A stretch of DNA of 64,000 nucleotides from positions 20,888 through 84,887 of IMG/VR virus record IMGVR_UViG_3300046474_000470. One strand, 5' to 3'. The notes beneath the pieces were generated by a model that saw only the letters and a list, made by a program, of their open reading frames with translations, made no database searches and was not told the DNA's origin. Below are positions 50,735-60,813 of the stretch, piece after piece. The position numbers were made by a program, and so were the translations under genes. The stretch is from a virus. Each line of letters opens with the position of its first letter. Position 1 is the first letter of the stretch.

Positions 50735-52425
50735 GCCACGCTGATCCCAAGCTGCTCGAGCACCTCAACCGGCTCGAGCAGGCGCTCTTCAACAGCTACG
50801 ACCTGGGCGACGTCGTGCGCTACCTCGAGGAGAAAACCTTCCTCAAGGGCGATCGCTTCTCCTTCCACGACCACGAGTTCCAGAAGGACATCCTGTCCGA
50901 CACCAGCCGCGTGGTCTACGTCCAGAAGTGCGCCCAGGTGGGCATGTCCGAGTGCATGGCGCGCTACGCGCTGGCGGTTTCCCGCGTCATGCCTTACTTC
51001 TCGGTGATCATGACGCTGCCGTTCGCGAACGACGCGACCAACTTCACCAAGACCCGCCTGGACCCCATCATCGACGAGTCGCCCGACCTGCGCGACTCGA
51101 TCGACAACGACCTCAATAACGCGGCGATCAAATCGATCGGCACCAGCCTGCTGTACATGCGCGGATGCTCGGGCACGACGACCGCGCTGTCGGTGCCGGC
51201 CGACATGCTGATCCACGACGAGGTCGACCGCTCGGATCCGGACACCCTTGCCCAGTTCCAGTCGCGCATCAAGCACAGCAAGTGGAAGCTCACGCGCCGC
51301 TTCGGCACGCCGACCACCGAAGGCCGCGGCATCGCGCTGGAGATGACGACCGCGCGCCGCATGCGGCGCGCCTGCACCTGCAACCACTGCGGCCTGCAGT
51401 TCGTCCCGAACTTCCACAAGCACGTCAAGATTCCGGACTATGCGGGCGAATTCAAGGACATCAACAAGCACAACATCGACACGCTGCGCTGGCGCGAGGC
51501 GCGCCTGCACTGCCCGGGCTGCGACGCAGAACCCAGCCTGGCGCCGCAGCACCGCGAGTGGATCTGCGAGAACCCGCAGGACAACTTCGAGGCGATCGGC
51601 TACTACGTCACGCCCTTCGAGGTGCCCGAGATCGTCACTGTGCCGTCCCTCATCCAGGAGATCACGAAGTACAAGACCTGGGCGGAATTCGTCAACCAGG
51701 CGCTGGGCGAGACCGCCGACGCCGGCAACGCCCAGCTCAACGAACAGGATGTCGAGGAGTGCCGCGCCACCATCCCGCTGACCTCGAACGAGCTGCACGC
51801 CATGGGCATCGACGTCGGCCAGACTTGCCACGTCGCGGTCGGCCGCCGCACGATGGCCGGCCAGCTGCTGGTCGTGCACAAGGAGCAGGTGCCGCTGGCC
51901 AAGCTGGCGACCCGCCGGCGCGAGCTGGCCGCCAAGTTCCGGGTCCTGATCACCGTGATCGACGCCTTCCCCGAGACCAACCTGGTGCACCAGATGCAGC
52001 GCCAGGACAAGAACCTGTACGGCGGCGTCTACGCGCAGAGCCGCCTGCTGGCGACCTACAAGATCGTCATGGTCGACGAGGACAAGGCCGAGGGCAAGCT
52101 GCCGATCAACCAGGCGCAGATCATGCGCGACATCAATTTCGACGAGGTGATGGCGCTCTACAAGGCCCGGTCCCTGCTGTGGGCGCCCAGCGGCGACCAC
52201 ACCGACCGCCTCTGGTCGCTGCACATGCTGGACATGAAGCGTACCCAGGTGTTCGACAAGAACCAGGAACTGGTCTACACCTGGGCGAAGTCGAAGGAGG
52301 GTAACGACCACTTCATGCACACCTTGGGCTACCTGCATGTAGCGTCGCAGCTGATGGAGACCGCCTCGCGCGACGTGCCGTTCGTCGGCGTGACGCTGTT
52401 CGGCACCTTCCGCGTCAAGCATTGA
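50731..52425 (+). CDS. terL: Terminase large subunit (lambda gpA-like ATPase)
   Basis: KCAQVGMSE Walker A, IHDEVD, GTPT, CxxC..CxxC, nuclease GIDVG..NDHFMH. Confidence 0.92.
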   Translation: MSHADPKLLEHLNRLEQALFNSYDLGDVVRYLEEKTFLKGDRFSFHDHEFQKDILSDTSRVVYVQKCAQVGMSECMARYALAVSRVMPYFSVIMTLPFANDATNFTKTRLDPIIDESPDLRDSIDNDLNNAAIKSIGTSLLYMRGCSGTTTALSVPADMLIHDEVDRSDPDTLAQFQSRIKHSKWKLTRRFGTPTTEGRGIALEMTTARRMRRACTCNHCGLQFVPNFHKHVKIPDYAGEFKDINKHNIDTLRWREARLHCPGCDAEPSLAPQHREWICENPQDNFEAIGYYVTPFEVPEIVTVPSLIQEITKYKTWAEFVNQALGETADAGNAQLNEQDVEECRATIPLTSNELHAMGIDVGQTCHVAVGRRTMAGQLLVVHKEQVPLAKLATRRRELAAKFRVLITVIDAFPETNLVHQMQRQDKNLYGGVYAQSRLLATYKIVMVDEDKAEGKLPINQAQIMRDINFDEVMALYKARSLLWAPSGDHTDRLWSLHMLDMKRTQVFDKNQELVYTWAKSKEGNDHFMHTLGYLHVASQLMETASRDVPFVGVTLFGTFRVKH

Positions 52426-52451
52426 CAGCTGGCAATTGTTTGCCATATCCT
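52422..52451 (+). promoter_or_regulatory. Sigma70-like promoter with palindrome in the spacer
   Basis: TTGACA-18 nt-TATCCT; TGGCAA-TTGT-TTGCCA at 52430-52445. Confidence 0.6.
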
Positions 52452-52483
52452 GTGGGTCCCACTACCCACAGAAATAAAAAATC

Positions 52484-52816
52484 ATGGCCCAGACCTTCGC
52501 CGATTCGCCTTCTATCCGTACCGCCAGCGGCATCGCCAGCCTCAACGACCTCGTCAAGACCGCGGCAGCCGCGCCGCAGCCGCAAGTGCCGGCCGCGATG
52601 AACGATCTGCGCAACAACATCGAGCGGCTCGACCAGAGCATCAGCATCCTGGCTGAGCGCCTCAAGTCCGTTGTCACGTGCGTGCCAGAAGACAGCAAGG
52701 CTCACCCTGTACCTGTCGGCCTGGTGGAGCTGGCCAACGCCCTTGACCAGAATTCTGCGCATATCAACTACCTGAACGACAAGGTAAATGGCTTGCTTTC
52801 CGGGCTGCAACTCTGA
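52484..52816 (+). CDS. Coiled-coil hypothetical protein (moron-like)
   Basis: Has its own promoter and terminator between terL and portal. Confidence 0.65.
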   Translation: MAQTFADSPSIRTASGIASLNDLVKTAAAAPQPQVPAAMNDLRNNIERLDQSISILAERLKSVVTCVPEDSKAHPVPVGLVELANALDQNSAHINYLNDKVNGLLSGLQL

Positions 52817-52907
52817 TACATTGAAGCCCTAGCATCCTGAAAATGCTGAATCAGCCGGCCGGGCCTCTCTCGACCGGTAAGGGCCGGGAGATCCCCAGCC
52901 GAGAACG

Positions 52908-52936
52908 AGCCCGCCTGGAAGCGGGCTTTTTCTTTT
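52908..52936 (+). terminator. Intrinsic terminator
   Basis: AGCCCGC-CTGGAA-GCGGGCT followed by TTTTCTTTT. Confidence 0.85.
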
Positions 52937-53061
52937 CCGCAACCCGTGACATACTGAACACGGGCGCGCCCGGCTAAGACAACGCCTTGGAGTTTTGTGC
53001 CGTATGGATAATCGACAGCCAAGAGGCGGGGCGCTCACTTCCATGCCGCAAAGCAAAATCC

Positions 53062-53090
53062 TTGCCAGCAGGATATTTCGGTGAGATACT
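53062..53090 (+). promoter_or_regulatory. Portal promoter
   Basis: TTGCCA-17 nt-GATACT with extended TG. Confidence 0.6.
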
Positions 53091-53097
53091 CTGCGGC

Positions 53098-54693
53098 ATG
53101 TTTAACGCCGCCCTCCAACTCCTCGCCAAGCTGAACCCGGCCAAGCCTGCGAAGGGCGGCACCGGCACAGGCACGCTTCAGCCTGTCACCGGCCAGCCGG
53201 TGATGCCGCTGATCGAGACGCCCAAGGTCCCGAACAAGCAGACCACGCTGCCCGGCTACCTCCCGAACACGTCGTACGTCAGCTCGCCGCTGAGCAAGAA
53301 GGACAGCCGGGCCGCCAGCACGGATCCGGCAGTCGCCGCGCGCCAGGCCGCGAGCACGCCGGACGTCATTCGGAGTCTGGCGCGCCTCACGCCCGACCTG
53401 TCGGCCGCGGTCAACGCGTTCCTGCGCGTCGGCATCCCCGAAAAGTACCGGGTCGTGGCCCGCAACATGGACGGCTCGTTCAACCGCGAAGCGACCGCGC
53501 TGGCGGCCAACATCCTGCGCCAGTTCGACCTGATGCCGGACTACGCGTCCGGCTTCTCCCAGGTGTCGAACCTACGCTCGGTGGCCGAAGCCCTGGCCAA
53601 GGAAATCATCATCGAGGGCGGCTGCGCGATGGAGCTGGTGCTGGACAAGAACCGGCTGCCGTACAAGTTCCAGCCAGTGCCCGTCTCCCAGATCGTGTTC
53701 GTCGAGGACAAGAACGTCCAGTCGATCAAGCCACAGCAGCTGCTGTCCGGCACCTATATCGACCTGGACATCCCGACCTTCTTCTACACCTCGCTCGACC
53801 AGGATCTGCTGACCGCCTACGCGATCAGCCCGCTGGAAAGCGCGGTGCAGCCGGTGCTGACGGCGGCCGATTTCGCCAACGACATGCGCCGGATCTGCAA
53901 GCGCGCCGTGTTCCCGCGTTACGACGTCTCGATCGACGAGGCGCTGCTGCGCGAACGCATCCCGCCTGAAGTGCTGAACGACACCGCACTGCTCACCGAT
54001 TTCATGAACTCGACGCTGGCGTCGATCAACCAGGTCATCAACACGATGAACCCGGAAGACGCGATCGTCCACTTCGACTTTTTCACCGTGACCGTGGTCG
54101 ACATGAAGTCGGCCAACAGCGCGGAAAGCTTCGATACCGTCAAGGGCATCATCGACGAGAAGGTCTCGACCGGCGCCAAGACCATGCCGTCGATCCTAGG
54201 CCACGGCTCGGGCTCGCAGAACGTGGCCAGCACCGAGACCCTGGTCTTCATGATGAGCGCGAACGGCATGGTCCGTCTCAAGCTGCAGGAGGTCTTCTCC
54301 AAGGCGATGACGCTGAGCGTGCGCCTGTTCGGTCACGACGTCACCGTCGAATTCCTCTACGACGACATCAACCTGCGTCCGACCTTGGAGCTTGAGAGTT
54401 TCAAGTCGATGAAGCAGGCGCGCAACCTCGAGCTCCTCAGCCTTGGGTTCCTGACCGACGACGAGGCCTCGCTGGAACTGACCGGCGAGATGACCCCGGA
54501 CGGCTTCGCGCCGCTGTCGGGCACCGGTTTCTACAAGGGCCGCGCTGCGGCCGACCAGGCCGGCGGCGCGCCGGGCCAGCAGGGCGACGGCACCTCGAAG
54601 GGCAACGACAACCCGATGGGCAACAAGCAGGGTGCCGGCCAGCAGGGCCAGAAATCCGACGCGCCGAGCAAACCAAAAGGACCACAGAAATGA
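53098..54693 (+). CDS. Portal protein
   Basis: About 530 aa between TerL and protease; SPLESA..; C-terminal LLSLGFLTDDEA helix and low-complexity tail. Confidence 0.85.
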   Translation: MFNAALQLLAKLNPAKPAKGGTGTGTLQPVTGQPVMPLIETPKVPNKQTTLPGYLPNTSYVSSPLSKKDSRAASTDPAVAARQAASTPDVIRSLARLTPDLSAAVNAFLRVGIPEKYRVVARNMDGSFNREATALAANILRQFDLMPDYASGFSQVSNLRSVAEALAKEIIIEGGCAMELVLDKNRLPYKFQPVPVSQIVFVEDKNVQSIKPQQLLSGTYIDLDIPTFFYTSLDQDLLTAYAISPLESAVQPVLTAADFANDMRRICKRAVFPRYDVSIDEALLRERIPPEVLNDTALLTDFMNSTLASINQVINTMNPEDAIVHFDFFTVTVVDMKSANSAESFDTVKGIIDEKVSTGAKTMPSILGHGSGSQNVASTETLVFMMSANGMVRLKLQEVFSKAMTLSVRLFGHDVTVEFLYDDINLRPTLELESFKSMKQARNLELLSLGFLTDDEASLELTGEMTPDGFAPLSGTGFYKGRAAADQAGGAPGQQGDGTSKGNDNPMGNKQGAGQQGQKSDAPSKPKGPQK

Positions 54694-55490
54694 ACTATAT
54701 CCTCTGGGCCGGCTCGCCGGAAAGCTATGACGTCGTCGAGCGTGCGCGCGTCAGCGCGCAGGCGATGGCCGCCGACATCATCGCCCGCGGTATCGACCAG
54801 CCCGAAGTGCCGAAGATGTGGCAGAAGCAGGGCAACCTGGCCATCATCCCGATCAACGGCTCGCTGATCGAAGGCCACGCCGGCTGGATGTCTTTCTTCG
54901 GCGTGACCGGCTATGCCGACATCGAGGACGCCCTGACCCAGGCAGCGATGGACGGCGACGTCAAGCGCATCCTGCTCGAAGGCCGTTCCGGCGGCGGCGC
55001 CGCCAGCGGCGCCCAGCCGCTGGCCGACTACATCAGCCAGATCAAGGCGGTCAAGCCGATCGACGCGCATATCAGCACCCTTGGCGCATCCGCCTGCTAC
55101 TGGGCCATGAGCGCGGCCGACAACCTGACGATCAGCCCGATGGCTATCACCGGCTCGATCGGCGCCGTCCAGATCCACACCAGCTACGCCCGCCAGCTGC
55201 AAGCCGACGGCATCGACAAGACGGTCGTGCGCTCGGGCGAATACAAGATGCTCGGCAACCCGTACGAAGCCCTGACCGACACGGCCAAGGCCGAGATGCA
55301 GAGCCAGGTCGACGACGTCAGCGCCCTGTTCGAAGCCCACGTCGGGAAAATGCTGGGCGTTTCCGCCGAGCATGTCCGCACGCACATGGGCAAGGGCCGG
55401 ACCTTCCTTGGCCAGCGCGCCGTGGATGCAGGTCTCGTCAAGAAAGTCCAGACCTTCGACGCGGCTGTTGCCGCAGCGAAAAATCGTTGA
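54690..55490 (+). CDS. S49 (SppA-like) prohead protease
   Basis: SGGG, ASACYW, GSIG, SGEYK. Confidence 0.9.
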   Translation: MNYILWAGSPESYDVVERARVSAQAMAADIIARGIDQPEVPKMWQKQGNLAIIPINGSLIEGHAGWMSFFGVTGYADIEDALTQAAMDGDVKRILLEGRSGGGAASGAQPLADYISQIKAVKPIDAHISTLGASACYWAMSAADNLTISPMAITGSIGAVQIHTSYARQLQADGIDKTVVRSGEYKMLGNPYEALTDTAKAEMQSQVDDVSALFEAHVGKMLGVSAEHVRTHMGKGRTFLGQRAVDAGLVKKVQTFDAAVAAAKNR

Positions 55491-55515
55491 CAAAGCAAAA
55501 TACGTGCCCAATAAT
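55487..55515 (+). promoter_or_regulatory. Sigma70-like promoter for scaffold-decoration-capsid
   Basis: TTGACA-17 nt-AATAAT. Confidence 0.7.
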
Positions 55516-55540
55516 TGCCATCATTCAAAAGGATGCCGAA

Positions 55541-56161
55541 ATGAAACTTAACGCCGCACAACTTGCCGCGCTCGCGCGTGGCGCAACGCAGGCCGAGGTC
55601 GCCGCTCTGGCTGACGCTCCGACCACAAGCGCTTCGGCATCCGCTGAGGCTGACGTCGCTGCAGCTGCTGCCGCTACCGCTGCGGCCGCTACCGGCGCCG
55701 CCACCCCGACCGCACCGCCGGCCGGCGAAGCTGCTGCAGGCGAAGCTGCTCCGGCAGCTGCCACCGCCGCCGCCGCTGCTGCACCAGCCGCCGCTGCTGC
55801 ACCGTCCGAACTGGTCGCCCACCTGACTGCCCAGCTGACCGAGGCCAATGCCGCGCTGCTGGCCGCCAAGGTCGAAGCCGAAGGCTTCAAGGCCCAGGCT
55901 GCCCAAGTCGAGCCGATGGTCGCTGCCATGCGCAGCGTGATCGGCGAGAAGCTAGTCGCGCTGGGCGGCTCGGCCGACATCGCTGCCGGCTACACCGCAT
56001 CGAATATCGTCGCCGAGTTCCAGCGTATCGACGCGATCCACAAGACCCAGTTCCGTGTCGGCGGTGTTGCCGCCGTCGCGTCGCCGGAAACCAAGCCTGC
56101 GGCCAAAGCCGTCATCAGTCCGCTGTTCACTGCGGCCGTTGAGAATTCTCTCGTTAAATAA
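55541..56161 (+). CDS. Putative scaffolding protein
   Basis: Ala-rich with coiled coil, between protease and decoration protein. Confidence 0.7.
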   Translation: MKLNAAQLAALARGATQAEVAALADAPTTSASASAEADVAAAAAATAAAATGAATPTAPPAGEAAAGEAAPAAATAAAAAAPAAAAAPSELVAHLTAQLTEANAALLAAKVEAEGFKAQAAQVEPMVAAMRSVIGEKLVALGGSADIAAGYTASNIVAEFQRIDAIHKTQFRVGGVAAVASPETKPAAKAVISPLFTAAVENSLVK

Positions 56162-56172
56162 AGGGGCGCACC

Positions 56173-56721
56173 ATGTCCAAAGCACACTTCATCACCCCGA
56201 CGGGTCCGACCCCTGACGTCATGACTGTCCGCCTCGGTTCGGGCCGGGCAGTCAACGGCGTCGTCGGCTCCGGCGGCAACATGTCCTACCTGGACGAAGG
56301 CAAATTCGTCAAGCTGGTCGGCGAATCCCAGTTCGATCTGGCCGCCGCCGGCGACGTGATCGAGGCGCAGATCGTCTCGGTCGACGCAGCCCTGTCCGAC
56401 GGTTTCACCATCGGCGGCATCAAGGAGACGAAGGAAATCTACGTCACCGCAGCCGGCCTGCAAGCGACCGAAGGCACCGGCAACATCGCCGTCGGCGACT
56501 ACGTCGTGTGCGGTTCGCAGGAAGCCAAGGGCGTCGCCATGTCGACCCCCTACCCGAAGGTCGTGAAGTCGACTGTGCAGATCGGCGCCGCTCCGGCCGA
56601 CCTCGCTGCTGCCGGCGTTCAGGCAAAACTTGCAGCTCATCCCTGGCGCGTTGTGTCGCTGGGCCCTACCGGTACCGGCGCTCCCGGCACCACCATCGTC
56701 ATCACCCGTCTCGGGAGCTAA
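56173..56721 (+). CDS. Head decoration/cement protein
   Basis: GKFVKL..IAVGDYVV; immediately upstream of the capsid gene. Confidence 0.7.
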   Translation: MSKAHFITPTGPTPDVMTVRLGSGRAVNGVVGSGGNMSYLDEGKFVKLVGESQFDLAAAGDVIEAQIVSVDAALSDGFTIGGIKETKEIYVTAAGLQATEGTGNIAVGDYVVCGSQEAKGVAMSTPYPKVVKSTVQIGAAPADLAAAGVQAKLAAHPWRVVSLGPTGTGAPGTTIVITRLGS

Positions 56722-56726
56722 TCACC

Positions 56727-57953
56727 ATGGCATTCTTCATCAATAAAGACGGCGCCGCCCAGCACATCGAAATCAACGCTGCGCTGTACGCCGAGGCGAA
56801 AGCCGAAAAGAAATCGGTTCCGCAGCTGCTGAACTCGAAATTCCACGCTGACGTGGACCTGAGCAAGGGCTCGCCCTTCGCCCAGCTGTGCGCCTCGGAA
56901 GGCCTGATCTCCACGCCGCAAGGCTCGAACCCGTTCGGCCTGCGCTCGCCGACCATCGCCGAGATCCTGGACGGCAAGTCCGGTTTCGAAGCCGCCAGCG
57001 GCACCAACGTGCAGCAGAAGGGCAACCCGTACGGTTCGCAGTCGCGCAACCTGTTCCCGGCGGCCGTGATCGCTGCGATCGAATCGGCTGTCGACGTGGA
57101 TCGCACCACCGACACCCAGATGTTCGAGCGCATGATCGGTCAGCGCATCTCGATCGGTGGCGACACCTTCGAGCAGCCGGTGATCAACTACACCACGCCG
57201 GGTGAGCAGGGCCCGCTGAAGGCCAAGGCGCAGCGCGTGACTCAGCTGGGTACCGTGCCGACCATGCTGCAGATCACCACCTCGGACAAGCCTCGCCGCC
57301 TGCCGACCTACGGCATCGGTATCGAGATGTCGGACCAGGCGACCAAGACCCAGACCCTGGATCTGGTGGCGATGACCGTCAAGCGCTACATGGAAGTCGA
57401 GAAGGACCAGCGCGTCTACAACTACATCTCGAGCCTGTACCTGGGCGACAACGACATGGTGATCGGCTCGGTGCCGACCATCACTTCGAACTCGCTGGAC
57501 GCCAACGCGACCGGCGGCGTGATGACCCACAAGGCCTGGGTGAAGTGGCTGGCCACCAAGCGCAAGTCGCGCAAGATCACTCACGCGATCTGCGACATCG
57601 ACACCTACCTGAAGATCGAAGCGCGCGCCGGCCGCCCAGGCCTGACCGCCTACGATCCGCGCCTGCCGATCAAGGAAGCGCAGGCTCGCGTGTCGAACCT
57701 GGACTTCCAGGACGTGGACTTCTTCATCGTCGACTCGGCTGTCGACGGCGGCCCGGTCCCGGCCGGCGAAGTCTGGGGTCTGGACGCACGCAAGGCGATC
57801 ACCTCGGTGTCGAACACCGAAGCGGATTACCAGGCGACCGAATCCTTCATCCTGCGTCGCAGCTCGATGATGGTCATGCACTGGTCGCAGGAAGTGTATC
57901 GCACCTTCGGTGACAGCGAATTGACGCCGTTCACGCGCCTGGTCATCTCGTAA
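56727..57953 (+). CDS. Major capsid protein
   Basis: 408 aa, strong codon bias, YGIGIEMSD backbone-helix-like region, followed by a strong terminator. Confidence 0.85.
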   Translation: MAFFINKDGAAQHIEINAALYAEAKAEKKSVPQLLNSKFHADVDLSKGSPFAQLCASEGLISTPQGSNPFGLRSPTIAEILDGKSGFEAASGTNVQQKGNPYGSQSRNLFPAAVIAAIESAVDVDRTTDTQMFERMIGQRISIGGDTFEQPVINYTTPGEQGPLKAKAQRVTQLGTVPTMLQITTSDKPRRLPTYGIGIEMSDQATKTQTLDLVAMTVKRYMEVEKDQRVYNYISSLYLGDNDMVIGSVPTITSNSLDANATGGVMTHKAWVKWLATKRKSRKITHAICDIDTYLKIEARAGRPGLTAYDPRLPIKEAQARVSNLDFQDVDFFIVDSAVDGGPVPAGEVWGLDARKAITSVSNTEADYQATESFILRRSSMMVMHWSQEVYRTFGDSELTPFTRLVIS

Positions 57954-57967
57954 TCGAGAGCGACCCC

Positions 57968-57999
57968 AGAAAACAGCCCTTCGGGGCTGTTTTCTTTTT
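57968..57999 (+). terminator. Intrinsic terminator
   Basis: AGAAAACAGCCC-TTCG-GGGCTGTTTTCT-TTTT. Confidence 0.9.
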
Positions 58000-58068
58000 C
58001 AGGGCAAACAACTTGCCGCTTGTCACTTTCCGTGACACAATACTTCCTCCCACACACAAGGAGCCATC

Positions 58069-58855
58069 ATGTCCGAAACCGTCACTGTCCAACGCGCCTG
58101 GCTGCGCAACGATGCCCTCTTCCCGATGGAAGATCCGACCAACGGTACCCGCTGGGACGCCGGCCAGACCAAGAAGGCCGAGCTCACTCGCTGGGTCCTG
58201 AATCAGCCGGTCCTGCAGCGCACTACCGACCCGAGCGACGATCAGCCGAGCCAGAAGGACATCGACAAGATCGCTGCCCAGAACGCGGCCGACGAAGCTG
58301 CGCGCGCCGAGCGCGAACGCAACGCCGAACGCATCCAGAGCCTTGCCAACGGCAAGTTGCCGGTCGACGAGGCGATCGCCCAGGCCACCGCCGACACTGC
58401 CGGCGCCGCCGCCGCCGCTGCCGGCGCCGCCGCCGCTGCACCGGAAAAGGCCTGATCATGAGCTACTCGTTCAGCGCCAAGGGCGCCACGGTCGAGCTGG
58501 CGCGCGCCGCAGCTGAAGTCGAGATCGACAAGATCCTTGGCTACCAGCCGGTGCACGCCAAGGACAAGGAAGCCATCCTCGCCAACGTCACCGCCGTCAC
58601 GAGCCTGCTGGCGGAAGACGCCAACAAGGACGTCCAGATCAACTGCAACGGCTACCTGTGCTGGAGCGGCATTGTCGATGGCCACGAGGTATTCACCAGC
58701 GCGGCCATCAACTGCTACGCCAGCGTGGTGGACCGCGTGGTGCCGGCATGAACCCCGGCCTGCAGCCCAAGCTGCTGACCCTGCTGGTCCGTCTGGCTTG
58801 CGCCCGGATCGGCGCCCAGTGGCAGATGAAGCACCGGCAGCTGACCGCCAGCTGA
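58069..58855 (+). other. Small operon of hypothetical CDSs (58069-58455, 58458-58751, 58748-58855)
   Basis: Promoter TTGCCG-17-CACAAT at 58013-58041, SD AAGGAG, terminator at 58858. Confidence 0.6.
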
Positions 58856-58857
58856 CA

Positions 58858-58887
58858 AAAGGCCCGCCGAGTGCGGGCCTTTCTTTT
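58858..58887 (+). terminator. Intrinsic terminator
   Basis: AAAGGCCCGC-CGAGT-GCGGGCCTTT-CTTTT. Confidence 0.85.
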
Positions 58888-58934
58888 AATCAAGCAATTT
58901 CTGTGCCACAATACTCCATCCTCTGGAGAATCCC

Positions 58935-59426
58935 ATGTCCGTCGAACTTGTCCTCACATCCAGCGTGCGCGCGATCCTTGGCGTCTCGTCCAAGGAGCTG
59001 CCCGATACCGTCCTGACCAACCCGATCTACGCGGTGCGCCTGCGCGAGGACCTGCGCGACCTGAACACGCAGCTGGTGGCGGACTTCGCCTCGATCGGCG
59101 CGCTGACCACGCGCACCGACGACCAGGAGCGCTTCGTCGAGCTGGCCAGCACCTATGCCGCCTACCATGTGGCGAACCAGTGCCTGGGCGCGCTGCCGAT
59201 GTTCTCGCCGCTGACGCTGAAAGACGAGAAGGCCGAACTGACCCGCAACGTCGACGCATTCAAGGGTCTGCGCGAAGATGTCTCGCAGGTGATGAACGTC
59301 ATGAAGACGCGCCTGCAGAACGCCTACGCCAAGATCAACAGCGCCGCGCCGGCGCCGAACCCGACCGCACGCACGTTGCTCGCCTCGGTCGGCCTGGCCA
59401 CCGACCCTGTCACCGGCGCAGGCTGA
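58935..59426 (+). CDS. Putative head-tail adaptor
   Basis: VRAILGVS..ELPD helical pattern; position after capsid. Confidence 0.65.
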   Translation: MSVELVLTSSVRAILGVSSKELPDTVLTNPIYAVRLREDLRDLNTQLVADFASIGALTTRTDDQERFVELASTYAAYHVANQCLGALPMFSPLTLKDEKAELTRNVDAFKGLREDVSQVMNVMKTRLQNAYAKINSAAPAPNPTARTLLASVGLATDPVTGAG

Positions 59427-59428
59427 TC

Positions 59429-60268
59429 ATGGAGTTCGCCGACGTCACGTCGTTTTTCAATAACGATCCGGTCTACGACGCGTACACCGGCGAGTTCCTT
59501 TTCTATTGTCACTCCAAGGCACACAACGACCAGAGTTCGGCCGGCGCCACCATTCGCCGGCGAACCATGACGACCGAGGTTGACGCCGCGGCGCCCGCGC
59601 GCGGTGTCGTCAATCTGCTGGGTGACCCATGGCTTGTGGGCGTGAGCAACGTCGACGCCTTTCAGGGCGAGGCCGTGCGCCGCGTCTGGGGCCTCAAGCG
59701 CGGCATCAACTCGATGGCGCTGCTCACGCCAGCGCAGGCCTGCGCCGGCGCGCCCGGCCTGCAGCTGTACGCCCAGAAGGAGCTGTACAAGGACATGGTC
59801 AACCGCCAGAGCTTCTCGGACTGGGATCCGCTCTGGAGCGTGAACGTCGCGCCGAACGAGGCCGCGGACTCGCGCGGCATGTTCCTGCGCGAGGGCACGA
59901 CCCTGCACCGCATCCGCAGCCTGTACATGGAGGTCGACGGCCTGCGCGTGCTTGAGGCTGACGAGTTCGAGAGCGATGCCCTGCAAACGGCCACGTTCAC
60001 GACCAGCGCCACCCTGAACCTTGTGACGGACAAGCTGGAGACCACCAGCGTCACGCTGCCGGTGATCCAGACCGATTCAATGAAGTTCTATCGCTATCGC
60101 ACGCAGGTGGAAGCTGACACCCAGCCGGGCGACCGGGTGGTGTTCGTCTCGGCCGCCAGCGCGGCGCCGCAGCCGGGATCCCAGTTCACGATGATGGGCG
60201 CTACCTGGCGCGTGCTGACCTCGATCGTTGAGCACGATGCGCGAGTCCTGCGCGCGAGGCTGGTGTGA
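59429..60268 (+). CDS. Putative head-closure protein
   Basis: Beta-rich; ends PGSQFT..TWRV..LRARL; positional. Confidence 0.6.
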   Translation: MEFADVTSFFNNDPVYDAYTGEFLFYCHSKAHNDQSSAGATIRRRTMTTEVDAAAPARGVVNLLGDPWLVGVSNVDAFQGEAVRRVWGLKRGINSMALLTPAQACAGAPGLQLYAQKELYKDMVNRQSFSDWDPLWSVNVAPNEAADSRGMFLREGTTLHRIRSLYMEVDGLRVLEADEFESDALQTATFTTSATLNLVTDKLETTSVTLPVIQTDSMKFYRYRTQVEADTQPGDRVVFVSAASAAPQPGSQFTMMGATWRVLTSIVEHDARVLRARLV

Positions 60269-60813
60269 TCGGGATCAACGCCAGCAAGCTGGCGGCCTCG
60301 ATCAAGTCGCTGGAAAAGGTGCGCAAGAAGGTGGCCGATACCGCCGACGGCATCTACCGCCAGAAGCTCTACTACCTGTACGAGCGGCTTGTGCGCGTCT
60401 CACCGCAGTGGTCGGGCGACTTTGCCAGCAACTGGAACATCGTCGTCGACGGCAACATGCCAGTCTACAAGCCGTGGCCGGGCAAGTTCGAGTCCATGGT
60501 GCACCGCAAGGACGGCGAGCACGGCGCAGCCTACCGCGTGACGCCGCACCAGGCTGGCGACCCTGAAGCCGTCGGCACAGCGCTGGCGCGCGGCGCGGCG
60601 CAGCTGCGCGGCGTGACCATCAAGAGCCAGATCCACTTCGTCAACGCCACCGAGCTCGAAGTCGGCGCCGCCGGCGCCACGATGATCGGACTGGACGGCA
60701 TCGAGCGCCTGCGGCCGGAAAACGTCATCCCGACCCACACCAGCCTCCAGGTCTATATCCGCACGCAGGCCGTGGCCGTCCCTGAAAACCTGAATAACCC
60801 GGAGGTCCCGTGA
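60265..60813 (+). CDS. Putative neck / tail-completion protein (HK97 gp10-like)
   Basis: SPQWSGDFASNW..IHFVN. Confidence 0.65.
   Translation: MIGINASKLAASIKSLEKVRKKVADTADGIYRQKLYYLYERLVRVSPQWSGDFASNWNIVVDGNMPVYKPWPGKFESMVHRKDGEHGAAYRVTPHQAGDPEAVGTALARGAAQLRGVTIKSQIHFVNATELEVGAAGATMIGLDGIERLRPENVIPTHTSLQVYIRTQAVAVPENLNNPEVP

Noticed and set aside
52840-52910. HDV-like or hammerhead ribozyme
   Set aside because: I could not fit the required stem order or catalytic core by eye; kept only as a generic structured-RNA candidate.
54818-55540. Upstream extension of the scaffold ORF overlapping the protease
   Set aside because: It is an Arg/Pro-rich off-frame translation; a promoter and SD support the start at 55541.
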